From: Camelus dromedarius
Lineage: Eukaryota
DNA length: 64,000 bases
Direction: 5' to 3'
Assembly: GCF_036321535.1 (NCBI RefSeq)
Contig: NC_087437.1
Location: 115,880,001 to 115,944,000, forward strand
Made by a program: the position numbers and the translations under genes. Positions 48,730-62,532 of the stretch are shown here, piece by piece. The notes under the pieces are model-generated. The model worked only from the letters and a program-made list of their open reading frames with translations, had not been told where the DNA came from and did no database searches. Each line of letters opens with the position of its first letter. Within the stretch, counting starts at the first letter, position 1.

Positions 48730-50700
48730 AAGGAGAGATATGGACTCTATGCAGCAAGAACTGGACCACCATGAAGACTGCCAGCGAGAAAGGATGACTA
48801 ACAGGCCCTGGAGATCTCTGGCAGAGCAAGCAGAGTCTGGTCTTCCCCATCCTGGGGCACATCCAATGTTTAGAAAAGCAAGATGAAGACGTAGGACAGC
48901 CTGTGGGAGTCTCCTCGGACAGTGTGTGACACCACAGAAAGGCCACAGGAAACAGAAGGAAATGAGAAAATGCTCAGATCTGCAAGAAGCAGTCTCCCGG
49001 GGTGGCTGAGTGGAGGAGGGACTGTGATGGTTAGCAGCTCTCTGGCTGCCAATCTTTCTTAGCTGTAGTGATTTAAGAGCTACACTTTCTGACAGAACCC
49101 AGCATTAGAGCTGCATTTTGAGCCAGAGGCCACCTGCTTAATTTCAGTGCTTTCCTGGCTCCTCTCAAGACTGTCCTTTCGTGGATAGCTGATCCAGGCA
49201 GAACTCCCCTCATTCATGAGGAATGAGCAGAGAATCTACTCAAAATATTGCCCCCTAAAAGGCAAACTAGAGGCTGTTGAGGAAAAGCACAGGAAACATT
49301 TTGTAGCAGGGTAGATGAAAAACACAACAAAATGATTCTCCCTAAACTCAAAGAGCTGATGAAAAACTAAATTCAGTATTTCAAGAACTAAAAGCAGAGA
49401 CTCCAGAGCTGTGGGAGGAAATGATAAAACAATGGAATGAAGTTAAAAATGACCTAGAAGAGAAAAGTAAAGTGAATATAATAATAGAAGCCATGTTGGA
49501 TTTGGACAAAAGAGAAAAGATGGATAAAAATACAGTCAGTAAAGACTTGAGAAAATAAAGCAACATAAAAAGAAAACAAACAAGAGTTAAGAAAAAGATT
49601 GACTAGAACATGGTTGGACATGGAAGACAGACAAAGATGACTCAACATATAATTTGTGTCCTTGGAGAAGAAAACAGAATAAATCAATAGAAAAAATATT
49701 TGGACATATCCTTTAAAGAAGTTCTTCAGATAAAGCTCAATTCTTCCCATTGATAGGGCATACTGTGTCCTCCCTGGGGGAGGAGGGAGATTCATGGACA
49801 TTGATACATGTGCTGATATGGTTACACATGGAGAAGAGGAAAAGCCAGACTGTGTTCTCTCTGGAAAGATCTATTTCTTTCTGGAAAGATTCAATGGTAG
49901 AAGACAATGGAACATGGTCTGAAGTTCTTAGGAAAAGGAAGTGAGACAAAAAGTTCTATATGCAGCCACATTAGTGTTTAGACAAAAAGATAGCTGAGCG
50001 ATACCTCTTAAAGATGCAAGCACTCAGGAAATACAGTTCTCCATGAGCCTTTTTTGAAAAATACCATGAAGTCAAATCTCAGCTGCGTTAAGACTGGAGA
50101 AACAGTGAGAAAAGGTGGCAGTAAATGATGAGTCCATTTGCATATAAATCTAAGGATAAAATTGCCAGGGAAATTATGATTACAGAAAGGATAGAGAAGT
50201 GAAAACCATGGTGATGTTAAAATAATAATATGACTAACAAAATCCAGGTGGTAGACAGGAAGAGAAATGAAGGTAACAAAAGAGAGGTAAGCTCCTTACC
50301 TTACAGAGCAGGTGGGTCAGATATGTTTAAAACTGAAAAATCAAACAAGGAATTAGAGGAATATAATTTAAGGGAATAAATAGATGAGCTATGGATAGCA
50401 GCATCACCAGAAAGTGAAGGAGAAAGAAGAAAGGTGGATGAAAATCAAAGAACCTGAATTTGAATATAGTTTTTGGGGGTGGAAGGAGGCAATAGATTCT
50501 GTCTACAAAACAGAGATCTAAGTACAGGATATATTGGAGAAGAATGAAGTGAGACTCGGTCTGCCAAATTGCAAGTTCCAGAAGGCACACGACAAAGACA
50601 AGCAAACCCGGAACATATAGTGGGAGATAAAGAACAACAAAAATATTTTAGCGATTTGAAGACTTAATGTAAAATAATAACTCTAAGATACGAAAGACCA
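48730..50700 (+). mobile_element. Ancient L1M/HAL1-like 5' region (decayed ORF1)
   Basis: 49300-49700 is an A-rich coiled-coil-like tract. AGAAGACAATGGAAC...TATATGCAGCCA corresponds to decayed RRQW and YPA motifs. Confidence 0.55.
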
Positions 50701-50979
50701 AAATACAGCTCTAGGTATTTTGGAATTATTATTATGGAAAAATCTCCAAGATACATGGTAGAGAGATTCCTTAACCGTACGTGATTCCTTACTTCTTTCT
50801 TTCCTGAGTCCTACTGTACTCACAGTTAATATCTCCCAAGTGAGCCCTTAATTGTTCTCCAATGATCTCATCCGTGATAACTTTCCTCCAACTTGAGTTT
50901 AATCCCTTCTCAGGGGAAGACCATGGAGCTCTGTGTTCTAAGTCCCAGATTTGACTGTTTCCCACCATCTTTATAGCTA

Positions 50980-51480
50980 CTACCTTCGTTCGAGGCAGAA
51001 CCACTTTTTGCTTCGTCTGCTCCTGACTCATCTCCCTGCTGACCCCCCTGCAACTTCTGTAGTTTGTTCTCTACGTGGCAGCTGGAGCCATGGTTGCTCT
51101 GAGCGTGTATCAGATGATCTTGCTCCCTAGCTTAAAACCCTTCAAGGACTGCCCAGCACATTTGTGATAAAATCCAGGCTTCAGGAGACCTCCAAGTTCC
51201 TGCAGAATCACCAAGAACTCGTCCTATAACTGCCTTTCTCATTCTCTGATTTTCTTGATTTTCTTTCCAGATGCCAAGCTCCTTCTCTCCCAGGGTCATT
51301 GTACTTGCCAGGAAAGCCCCTCCTCAATGTCCTTGCATGACTCTCTCTGCCACATCATTCAGGTCACCGGTAAAACAATCACTTCCTCTGAAGCTTCCCT
51401 GACACTCTACCTTATGTCGAGTCCTCTCCATCCCGTATCAATTTCTAACCCTATTGATCTTTGCAACTCTCGTCTTCACT
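50980..51480 (+). mobile_element. L2 remnant
   Basis: GCTTAAAACCCTTCAAGGACTGCCCA...ATAAAATCCA resembles the L2 3' region. Confidence 0.55.
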
Positions 51481-51499
51481 ATGTATAAGAAGGGAAAAT

Positions 51500-51710
51500 G
51501 TAACCTGGGGTCAGACTGCCTGAGTTTAAATCTCAGCCCCACTACTTAAGCTGTGTGACATTGGGCAAGTCCTTAACTTCCCTCTGCTTCACTTTCCTCA
51601 TCTGTAAATTGGAGGTGGTGTGATACCCTTATGGGACTGTTCTGAGAAATGAAAAGCACTGAGAAGGGGGACAGGCAGAACATAAGGACTATGCAACTGT
51701 TTGTTATTAT
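51500..51710 (+). mobile_element. MIR SINE
   Basis: It reads GTCAGACTGCCTGAGTTTAAATCTCAGC...GCTGTGTGACATTGGGCAAGT...TTTCCTCATCTGTAAA. Confidence 0.88.
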
Positions 51711-51771
51711 CATAAAACTGGTATTTACTTACTCACTGCTGCCGGCCTCCCTGCCCTGGACTGTCACTCTG

Positions 51772-52127
51772 GTGTTGTTATTTAGAAGGGCTGCTTTAAC
51801 AAAGCACTGCAGCCTTAGTGGCTTTAAACCACAAGCATTTATGTTCTCACAATTCTGAAATCTACAAGTCTGAGATCAAGGTGTCTGCAGGGTTGGTTTC
51901 CAGTGAGGCGTGTAGATGGCCATCTTCTCCCTGCATCCTGACATAGTCTGTCCTCTGTACCTGTGTGGGTCCTAATCTCTTCTTCTTATAAGGACACCAG
52001 TCGTACTGGATTAGCGCTCACCTGAAGGACCTCATTTTAACTATTTCTTTCAAGATCTTACTCCCAATATGATCACATTTGGACGTCCTGGAAGTTTCAG
52101 CATGTGAATACAGTTCAACCCATAACA
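51772..52127 (-). mobile_element. MaLR LTR (MLT1A/B-like)
   Basis: It is antisense MLT1: AAGTCTGAGATCAAGGTGTCTGCAGGGTTGGTT, CTTATAAGGACACCAGTC, ending CAGTTCAACCCATAACA. Confidence 0.85.
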
Positions 52128-55100
52128 TCCAGTGGGCAGGGATTACAATCACTTGATCTCTGCATCTCTGCAGATAGAAATGTGCTTAGCATATTGCAGT
52201 TTCTCCATAACCATCCCCTGAACAAATGGGAGTGCCTCCTACCTCCTTCTCTTACTTCATCCAGTACATTAAGTTTCTCCATGACCAACCCTTGAACGCA
52301 TGAGAGTGCCCTCTACCCAGGTCTCTTGCTCTATCCCGTGTCCTTGAAGCAAGGAGCCGTGAACACTGAGTAGAGGAAGCTTTTGGGGAATATTCTGAGG
52401 GCTTATAATGCACCAAACTGGTGCTTAAATGACTCCTTCATGGTCCAGTGGCTTCGTGGAGGAGCTGGTGCTGGGTTCTTTGGCGACTTAGGGACTGGAA
52501 AGGAGAGGGAGGCACAGAGCACCCTGAGCCACCGATGCAGGGCTGCAGGTCAGCACATAGTACGTCAGGGGTCCAAGCCCTGCAGCGGGACGGATCTCCA
52601 TTCTCATCAAACGAACAAACCAAGTTCAATCCTTGGCCCCGCTTCTCTACACCTTGACTGAAGCTTGGAAGACAGCCTTTCTTGGAACCAGCTTCTGATC
52701 TTACATAAAAGTTTGGAATCACCGATGGTTGGATTTTCTCCCATGAGTGCTGTGGAAAAGGCCTGTATTTTACTTATTTACAATCAGGTAGACCTCACGC
52801 TAAATGATAGTTAAATTTGCCAAAGGTTGTTTGTGAATTTTAAATCCAAGTTTGCCTTAAATGCACAGTGGACAGGGTTGAGTCTCTATTTAAAGTAAAA
52901 AGTAGCCAGTGTGCCTCTTTTGGTAAGCAAGGAAGCCTTCTAATTTATCTTTTCTCTTTTGCAGATGTGACCTTTATACATGTGTACACATACACACGCA
53001 CACGTTTTTGCCTTATCTCTGTAAGGACTTGGTATCTAACTCAGATCTGAAAAAGGAAGGCTTTATTAAGTAGTTCAAACTGCAGAAAAAATTTATGATC
53101 CTAGTTTAAGCTAAAATGCCACGAAAAGCCTAAAGCATCTGTCAGCTTTAGGGGTCCTGCTTTACCTGTAAATTCTGACTTTGTAACAGAAGCTGTTAGG
53201 GACTGTGGCTGCTGGGTGCGGGTTGTCAGGGAAATGGGAAACACTGGGTTTTCTCCTCTTACCTTTGCGCTGTCTGGTAGGTTGATTTAGTTGAACGTAT
53301 TTTGGTGGTTTTGTGAAAAAGTCTCAAGCCTTACAAGTGTACGTTGCTGAGTTATTCCCCTAAACAGCCTGGGGGCTTCCCTGGAAAGTTAGGGCAACAT
53401 CTTGACTAGCAAGTGACATCATTGTTGCTACTATGAAAACCAACAGAATTGAGGCAAAGATGAAGGGATCGTATTTACACAAGAACAACCACAGCTAGGA
53501 GATTTCCCAGGAGACAGAACAGAGCCTCTTAAAAAGGAAGGAATGATTCTGAAAAGGTGAATTCAAGACAACTAACAGAAGAGCAGGAATACCCTTGAGG
53601 AATTTGGACACTTGACATTAACCGCTGGGAAGAAGCTGTTGCTGACGGTCAATCCAGGAAAATGAGGGGTGAGGCAAAACGTGTTTTGTATTCTTTTTTC
53701 TTTTCTTTAAAAAATGTGCTTTTTTTGGGGTACTATTTAATTCATTGATACTTTAGATAAGCAATTTTTGATCTGTTGGTTTGTCTTCATTTATATTAGT
53801 AAGAGTGTGAATTAATATTCTTTTATGTTCAAAGTTTTTGAAATTCAGAGATTATTGTGAGTGGACCATGCCTTCCAAAGTAACCAAGACAGTGGCCTCC
53901 GATGAGGAGGAGAACTTGACGTCTCTTTGGCCACATGCCGTACCCTCAGTGTCTTCATTTTGATGGCTACATCACCAGTACGCACTCAGATTTATTTAGG
54001 ATCTCGTTTAGAGTGGGTGCAGAGACTTGAAAAAGGTGATATCTATTTTATTATCATGTTCTTGAGAGTTTATCCTTCAGGAATTACATCTGGTGCCCAT
54101 ATTCGTATCTTTAACGTTTTGGGCTCAATTTTGTTTTATTCACCTTGTGTGGTTGATATCGAAAATCAATTTCTGTGCATAAGGAGATAGCATTATTAAA
54201 ATAGTATAAAAACAGGTTTTCACAGGCACTTGGCTGTGTGTGACAAAGCGCATAATTAGCAGGACGTAAGAGCTAATGGGTTTATTAGTCCATTATGCAT
54301 GAAGGCTCCACTTCTAAAATAATGTTCAGTTGATACTTACATGTATTGCCATGGCTTGTGTAAGAAACAAGTTGTTCTATGGTTTATAAAAGACTATTGC
54401 TCGTATTACCTCTTGAGGCAATTACACAATGTGGAGCTTGATATTTTTTTTTCAGGACAGCAAAGAGGGAGGAACTTATATTATATTGGCAGTTTGGAGG
54501 TTGAGCTTAAACTGCCTGCGGTGACTGGACTTCGGGAGATACCCTTGGGAAATGTGAGCTTTTTGTGGCCAGTGGGTCATCGCGCATCACAAACCATGTC
54601 GGAGGACAGAAGCTGATGTGGAAGCTGTCTGCATCAGTGCATCAATCCACACCTGATGTTTGACACAGACGCGGAAAGGAATGTCCAACTCTTTAATAGT
54701 TTTTCTTTTTAAAATGTCAGCATTCAGATGAAATGTTTACTTGCCATTTTTCAGCACATCGCAAAGTATGACAGGGAAGAGATAAAACTTAAATGGAAGT
54801 AAACATAATTTGCTCAGACCTATAAGCTCTGTTTGTGATTAGGTCTCTTGAAATAAGAAGATTTAAAAATATGACTGGGTCCAGTGGTGGGAGGGTGCCA
54901 GGCCCTTCTGCCGAGTTCTCTTGATTGAATTGCCCTAATTTGGACTGTCACAGGAGTGTATCTTGGAAGGTACCCACTTCCAGCAAACATACGCCTTGCT
55001 AACGCCCCCTCTCAAAATGAAGAAGACGACACTTCATTTTATTTTTACTGAAGTGAAGTCACCAAGGAGTGCTTTCGGGGTCTTTAGCACACCCATGATT

Positions 55101-55239
55101 ATGTCAGTCTACGGTTTCCCCAAAATAAACAAATGGAAAATTCAAGCAGAAAAAGAGACCTTCTCTAGGCCCATGAAGCTTCAAGCATGTTGGTTTCCTT
55201 GCCTCCATTTCTTAAAACCAGACCCCAAGTGTCTCCTGG

Positions 55240-55567
55240 GCAAAGAGCCCTAACCCTAAACTTTTATGTTGCTGTGAAAGTGTTTCATATATGTGATCAG
55301 TTGATTTTATCCTAGATTACCTGTGTGGGCCTGGCTTGATCAGTTGAAAGGCCTTAAAGGTAGAGTTGAGACTTCCCTGAGAGAAGAAAGTCTACCTGTG
55401 ATGGCAGCTTCAGCCTATGCCTGAGAACTTCCGTCTGCCCTTCTTGACGGCCTGCCCTATAGGTTTTTGATGTGCCTCTTAATCATGGAAGCCAATTCCT
55501 TCCAATAAGCCTCTTAATTCATATCTCCTACTGGTTCTTCTTCTCTGATTGAACTTTGACTGATATA
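55240..55567 (+). mobile_element. ERVL LTR (MLT2-like)
   Basis: It contains ATCAGTTGAAAGGCCTTAA and GGCCTGCCCTA, with an end resembling MLT2 (TCTCCTACTGGTTCT...TGACTGATA). Confidence 0.75.
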
Positions 55568-58500
55568 CCAAGGGAGCAACTACAGCTAAAAAGTAGATCT
55601 GACGTGCTGGGAGCATCTCATGAGGTTTCCACATACGGACGGAAATAAAAAGTAAGGCTTCGAGTGGCCACAGGCCACTGATTCTTACTTCATGGAACCA
55701 GGAGCCTGATCTTTCATATCTTTTTGTGCAGCTCTTGTTGCAGGAGCAGACCTGGCCCTGGCGGGGCATGGAAGCCAGGATTGCATTCTGATGGAAAGAC
55801 GGATGGACATTGGCTCATGCCCACCGGCCACTGTGGGGAAGAGGGAGAGTGGGCAAGAGCAGCATAGATCAAACTCAGTACAGAAAGGAGTTGAAATGGT
55901 CTACTGGTGACTCTTGGGAAACCAGGGCATCAGCAGATTTACCTGCCACCAGGTAATGGGAGGTCACAGGATGAGCTGGAGACAGCCAATGGCTGCTAGA
56001 AACAGAAGGGAGGGTGGAGAACAGGAAGCCAAGATTTGTAGGTGGAGACTTAGGAATAAGTAATAAAGATTACTTAGTGTTTTCAGTAGAAAACTATGTA
56101 CTATTTAGAGCACACCCTTCGGGGCTTTCTGATTCTAGCTGTTGATTGCCATGGAGCTATTTTTATAATTCGTAAATTGTAGAGAGCCGATGGCAATGTG
56201 ATTATCATGACCAATGCAACATAACTCTTGTATATAGACCTGGAGATAAATTCTTCCAGATGGAGATTCAATCAATCTCCTTCCCCACGGAAAAACGCTT
56301 CTCAACACTCCTTTACTCCATGTAAAACTGTGGTTTGACTTCTTTGAACCTGTTGTGGCACCTGTATGATTTCCTTGTGTAATTAATGAGCTAAATGCCA
56401 TCTTTGGCATGTGTTCCTTTTACATTTGAGGGAAGCTAAGGGGTCACCAGACCCCAGAAAGGCCAGTGCAGCTGTGCTCACGGCACAGACAATGTAAGTA
56501 AAAGGAAACTAAAAATATTTTGTTTTTGAATTAGGGTAAAATTCAGCTCCTTTCTTCTGCCTTTTGAGATTGACATCAAAAGATGCTTTTGTAGGCTTTG
56601 AAGAGTTAAATGCACTCTCTGTGTCTCAGACTTATGTACGCATTTGTTTATGCAGATGTGATTTATATGTTACCTGCTTTCAAAAATCACATTTGAAACA
56701 GATCAAAGGGTTGAAGGAGAAAGAATAATAGACCAGCTAACAGGCCAGACCTCACCTTGCAAAGAGCAATGTCCTCTGCAGAACCACCAAACCGGTGGTG
56801 AAAAGCCACATGATAAAAATAGCAGAAGGCTGCAGGGTAAACATGCCACAGCCACTAGCGGGCACTTGTGAGACCGATGAAGAGAAAGCAAAAGATGGGG
56901 AGGGAAGGGGTCACCCATGGTCCCCAGGTTTAAGGTATGAACTTTGAATCTGCGTCAATAGTCTCCAAAGAGCCAAGGGTGGTTTTGCCTTTGTTCTCAC
57001 TTGGCCTTCCTGGTGCAGTGGGTAGGGCAGGAGAGCAGGCCGGGGGCAGCAGACATTGCTCATTCTCCCTTGTGAATGGATACGCTGGATCCATTGGATC
57101 CAATGGGTCCGTCATAGCCCACTAGAGGAAGGAACGTGAGTGCTAGTCTCCTGCTGCGCTGTATCCTTTCTGTGACATTGTCTCGGGCGCCATAGTGATG
57201 GGGATGGAAACGCCAGGGGTCAGTGGGCTCTTTGTGAGCAAAGCAATAAACAGAGCGTAGGGAAGCACATTCCTCTATCTTCTTAATATACGTGGCTGTG
57301 CCGAGAGAGGTTATTCCTGCAAATTTCAAGGTGGGTTGTGTGAGTTGTGTGAATGCAGAGATGTATACTGTCCAGAATATAATTCTAAAAATTTTTTCCT
57401 AAAGGTCTTTTTTAAGGAAAATATCACAGAACTAAATTGAATATGTGTCCACAAATATAAAAAAATAGTGTGCCTCAGGAGGTAAAGTACACATTTCATC
57501 AAGAAAAGCAGTTGGGAAACTGAGATGATATATTAACTCTCTCCCTGTCTGCAACTGTCCTCAAGAGAAGGCTCTAGACTAAAGCTGAGCTCCAGGCAAA
57601 GGAAGAAGAACCTCCCCCTGGGTATGTGGGCAAAATACAGACGGAACTTGAAAAGTCCTGAGACAGTTGTGGTGCATGTGTTTGAACCAAGGGAAGAAGG
57701 ATTTGGGCATAAATGATGGTGAGAAAATTCAGAGGACCACCCTCAGAGCCCTGGAAATATACCAGTCGGGGGTAAGCTCACAACCTGTGTAATAGCCTAA
57801 GAAAAGTTACAGTGGGCTCCCAGGATGGGCGGGAGCAAGGTGGGGAGGAAAGCAGAGCTGGCTATTTTCGGATAAAACTACGATGTTCCTCAGAAGTCAC
57901 AGTACAGAAAATGCTTAGAAGGTGTTCATGTGGGTGATGGTTTTAAAATCACGATTCTTGAGCTGTGTCTGTTTGGTGTCTCACTCACAGTTTAGAAGAG
58001 AGAAAAATGAAAGTAGGGACCAATGATGGAACGTCCTTTGCAGGTTGTGCAAGGAATTCACAGTGGCCCTGGGATGGGGGAGGGGGAGCCAGGCTTTGCA
58101 GATCCCTGAGCTGAGCACGAGGCGGTGAATTGTTTCTTGGGATTATCAAAGCAGCCCGAGTCAATCGCCTGGAGGATTTGGGAGTAAATAATGAGTCATA
58201 TCCTGCAGGGACGTGGAAGGAATAGGATTTCCTGCCTGTGATGAGCTGTCACTGATACAGGACTGCTGTTGACACTTTCATAGCCTCCAAAACACCTGCT
58301 CATACTGCTGACCCCTCTTCTAACCCTTGTAATGGCTAACACTGATTGAGATCCTACTGTGTGCCAGGCTTTGCTTTGTATTAATTGTATTAATTCATAG
58401 AAATAATCCAGGTGTTTTTACAGACCAGAGTGGAGAAACTCATCAGGTAAATTAGCTAGAGTTTGTGTTTTAAACGTGTCACCATTTTCCTGAGCTGTCG

Positions 58501-61500
58501 GGTTCAATAATTCTTGGAGCTGCTTAAGCTGGATTCTGAGAGGAACATTTGCCTCAGGCCTTCGCATGTTTGTATAATTTGGGTTTAGTTTACTCTGCTC
58601 ATTTCAAACCCCGTCAGGAGTTGGAACGATTTATATATATGATGTAGAGGGCCGGTGACGTGTATTGATTTGGAGGAAGTAAGTAAGTTTTACCTACCCC
58701 TTTGTAGCCTCTCCCACTCTTCAGACACTGTGGCATCTTTATCTTTCTATATGTTTTAAATCTACTGTTATTCATACTTTCAAATAAGGCAGCAAAGTCC
58801 TATTTAGGACCCATTTAGGACCCTTTAAGGGCTGAGTCTGGAAAGCCCACTCATCCTCGTCCATGAGTGTGCTGGTTGACCAGATGGCCCTGGCCCCTTC
58901 AGTAGATACTAAATTGTGAAGTCTAGGTTCCAGGATGTGGCAGTTTTCATGAGGAACTGTGTTCTTCTGAGCTCAGGCTAGAGGGGTGAGGTGCTAGGGA
59001 CAGTAGGAGTTGAAAACAAAGGACCAGCACCGGCAGAGGCAAGTCAGGACCGTGATCTCTGGGAGAACGCAGGGAAGGAGAAAAGCGAGACCGCGGTTCT
59101 CCAAAGTGAGCTTGTCAGACAGCAACTTCTTACATCGTGGAAGTGCGCAAGGCAGGAGCCCCCGCTCGATGCTGAGTTATCCCTTTTCTGTTGCTCACGT
59201 GTGTTGCGATAACTAGGAGGGCACACAGTTGATGGAGTTCCTCTGCCCTGCTGAAACGTGGGTGGACATGTGGCATTATAGGTCTGGCTAGAGAAATTAA
59301 AAATTTAAAAGCAATCATGTCAGCAATAGCCACCATTAAACAGAGATCTCAGGAGTGGAACAGACCTTTCAAGCATCTGTTCTACTTGTGGCCCAGTATT
59401 TATCTCTTTGGCCCAGGCCCAAGTACCTAGCTGGCAGGGAGCCAGACCTATTCCCAGAGTTACCCCTCGGGATCTAAAATATCCAGACTGCCTGAACTGA
59501 AATCTGTCTCTCTGGGTTTCAGAGCTCTGTTAGGATAATTCTGAGCTAGTACAGATAGTGCATTAAAAAATAAATCGGAACAATTCAAGAACTATTTGTC
59601 CTGTTTGGTTTTCAAAATCAGCTCTTAAGAAGGGATTTAAATGAGTTACAGATCATTTCAGAGAGAATGTGGACACAGCACAATGCGTGCCTGAATGGTT
59701 TGGTTTCTGTATTATTAGGTGTTTATATTTGAGGAAGAAGTGTGTCCATTTTGGGGTGACTCTTCAAGAGTCAGCTCCAAAGGGTGATCCCAAAGGTAAT
59801 CTGATGATGTCATTGTCCATCATGGTCTTTCTGTCCCTCTACGCTCCTCACCCGAGCTCACCTCAGCTGCGCTCTGCTTCTGGAACAGCAGCTTGGCCTG
59901 GACACTCATGAGATCCTCACAGTGTGGTCTGGGGGGGCTCCTTGTCCGTCTCACAGACTTGGACACCAGTTCCTCTGGGGGTGCACCATTCCCTCTGTCT
60001 CTCCAGGGTTCTTTGTTGTGCTCAGGGCTCTCCCTACTTCAGCTCCTTCCTACTTCTTTCCCATCCGCTACCTTCCATTCTCCTTTTTTATTTCCCCTCT
60101 GACCTTGAGGGCTCCAGTGCCCAGCACTGGCTATCCTTTGGCACATGCGTTTAATAACAGTGGAGGGGACAGTCCTGAGTGGGTGAGAACTAACACAGGG
60201 CATGATGGATGGGTGGACTCAGGCAGGCTGTGGGTCCTGGACTGAGGACATAGCTTAGGGGACATCACAGCAATGACCGTCATCGGATGTGTACATTCCT
60301 CTGATCCTGGTGCTCTGCTCTGCTTGGTTCTGCTCAGACTAATGCAAGAGCTCAAACAAAGTCTAGGGCTGAATGTTCTGGGTCGACGGGGATCGGGATG
60401 TGAAATGGAAGGCTGATGTGGGCCTCGTGCACCTCCCACCCACCTTCCTAGCAGAATGTTCAGGTGGAGGGCCGGGAGGGGGCCAGGTGAGGGTCAGAAG
60501 CCAACTCTACCCTTGACAAGAGGACAGGAGTCTGGGCACAATCACACTCTAGGCTCTGAGACCTTTTCCTGGATAACAACAAGATTCATATTCTTGGATG
60601 GTCTTCATACATGATGTATGGCTCCTTCCTCAAATCTGGAAGAAGTCATTCAAAGAACAAGGTGCTTTTGCAGACAGATGAGTAAACTGGCAGACAGATG
60701 GGGGTACTGTTAGATAAACAGAGATGGAGAAAGGTGAATCTGTAGCATGAAATGTGTCCAAAGCAACAGAAGTTTGGTGTTTGGATATATTTCCCACTCA
60801 CAAAGTATAACCACCTGTTTCTTCTTTCATTTTTTAAGGAAAGGTTTTTTTTTTTTCAAAACATATTAAGAAACATCAAAATGATTCTTGGGCATTAGGC
60901 AACTGTTAAAATGTTTTGATGGATTTAGAATGAGTAAGTTAGAAACATATGGGTTTTATTTTTCTTAAATTAAGTGTATGAATTTTAAAATAAAAGTCAA
61001 ATTCCCCATGAAAATAGAGTTTAGCTTTTTTTTTAATGGCAGGGAGGGGGAGTTTAGTTATTAAACAAACAAAGGTTTACATGCAAGTCAAAATAAGGCA
61101 CAGATACCCTAAGGGCTGCTTTGATCAGTCAATGTAAAGCCAGGCAGAGATTGAAGGCTGTACTTTGAGCGCTAAGCTGGATAATTTATTAACTAACATG
61201 TGAAGTAATATCTGCAGAAGTCATCGAGAAAGAGTCTGTCTTTCAGTATAAAGCAGCACAACCCAGGCTTAGAAGTCTCATCCAGGTTGCCTGGATGTTA
61301 AAGGGGCCCGAACTGGTAAGGTTCCTGGAGGAATCTCAGTGAGTGGGTTGCCTGGAGTCTGGACCCTTGAAGTTCAAAGGGCAAGTCTTCCTTTGTGTCA
61401 CTGGCATCACTTAGGGAACAGGGCACCCTGGCTACCAAGAGGAAATGTCAGTCCCCCCGAGACTCAATCTACACAGGCACAGGGTAGCTGACTGAGTATC

Positions 61501-62248
61501 ACAGCCTGGTGACATCCATCCATTCATGTCCCTCAACCAGACTCTTTGAATAGCCTTCTGATTATAACTTGGCTCCCTCAGGAGACCTTCCTCATGGCAG
61601 TGATGTTTCCTAAATTGGCTTTCTGGTTTATACGTCAGTCTGCTGTGAGTTTAGTTTATGTGAGTCTGGCTCCCTGGGCTCAATATTCTCTACAGGCCTT
61701 GACAAAGTCAAGTTGCTGCTTCTGGGGCCTGAGGGCCATACCCTAGAACACAGAGATGACTCTCCAACCATCGCTCACAGGCTTGTCCAGGTCAATACCA
61801 CCATCCCCCCTGTGGGTGCCCTGAAGTAATTTCTTATCAATATGATGACACCAAGTGCGATGGTGATGCCTGTCCTACTTTCTGGGCTTATCAGGTGCCA
61901 CGCACTTTATGTGAATCCTTCCGATAAATCCTCACGGTGATTCTAGGGGACTATTACCAGTCATAGTTTACAGATGAAGAAACGAGACTAAATCAGGTTA
62001 AAGACTTTTCCAAAAAAAAAAAAAAAATAGCTCAGTCAGTGGGGATGTTTGGACTGAGATCAGCCAGAGTCCATGTGCCCAACCATACAGTGACTGGCCT
62101 CCCAAACTGGTTCAGGAACCTTATTGGCCCTATACAGCCAGGAGAGCACATTAGGGTTTCCAGACCTGTCTAGACTGATGCCGTTTAATTAGCCTTGACT
62201 TGTAAGTGTTTATGCATCCAAGAAGCTTCATTAGGAACCCGTTATGTA

Positions 62249-62348
62249 TGTATATATGTATATATTTATATATCTTTAACTGAATTACCATGCTGCAAAC
62301 CAGAAACTAATACAACATTGTAAATCAACTATATTTTAATAAAGAAGA
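62249..62348 (+). mobile_element. 100-bp 5'-truncated L1 tail
   Basis: AACTAATACAACATTGTAAATCAACTATA...AATAAA is flanked by a perfect 14-bp TSD GAACCCGTTATGTA (62235-62248 and 62349-62362). Confidence 0.9.
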
Positions 62349-62408
62349 GAACCCGTTATGTAGGAACTAGAGATAGAAAGATGAGCAAATGGTCAACTTT
62401 CCCACTCT

Positions 62409-62532
62409 CCTCTCCCCTCGGACCTCCAGCGCCTCTCCCCTCGGACCCCCAGCCCCTCTCCCCTCGGACCCCCAGGGCCTCTCCCCTCGGACCCCCAGCG
62501 CCTCTCCCCTCGGACCCCCAGCGCCTCTCCCC
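62409..62532. repeat. GC-rich minisatellite, 23-bp unit CCTCTCCCCTCGGACCCCCAGCG x ~5.4
   Basis: Units start at 62409, 62432, 62455, 62478, 62501 and 62524 (partial), each with at most one substitution from the consensus. Confidence 0.97.

Noticed and set aside
58991..59216. CpG-containing ORF-like stretch
   Set aside because: It has non-ATG starts, no recognisable protein similarity and no convincing splice-site pair.
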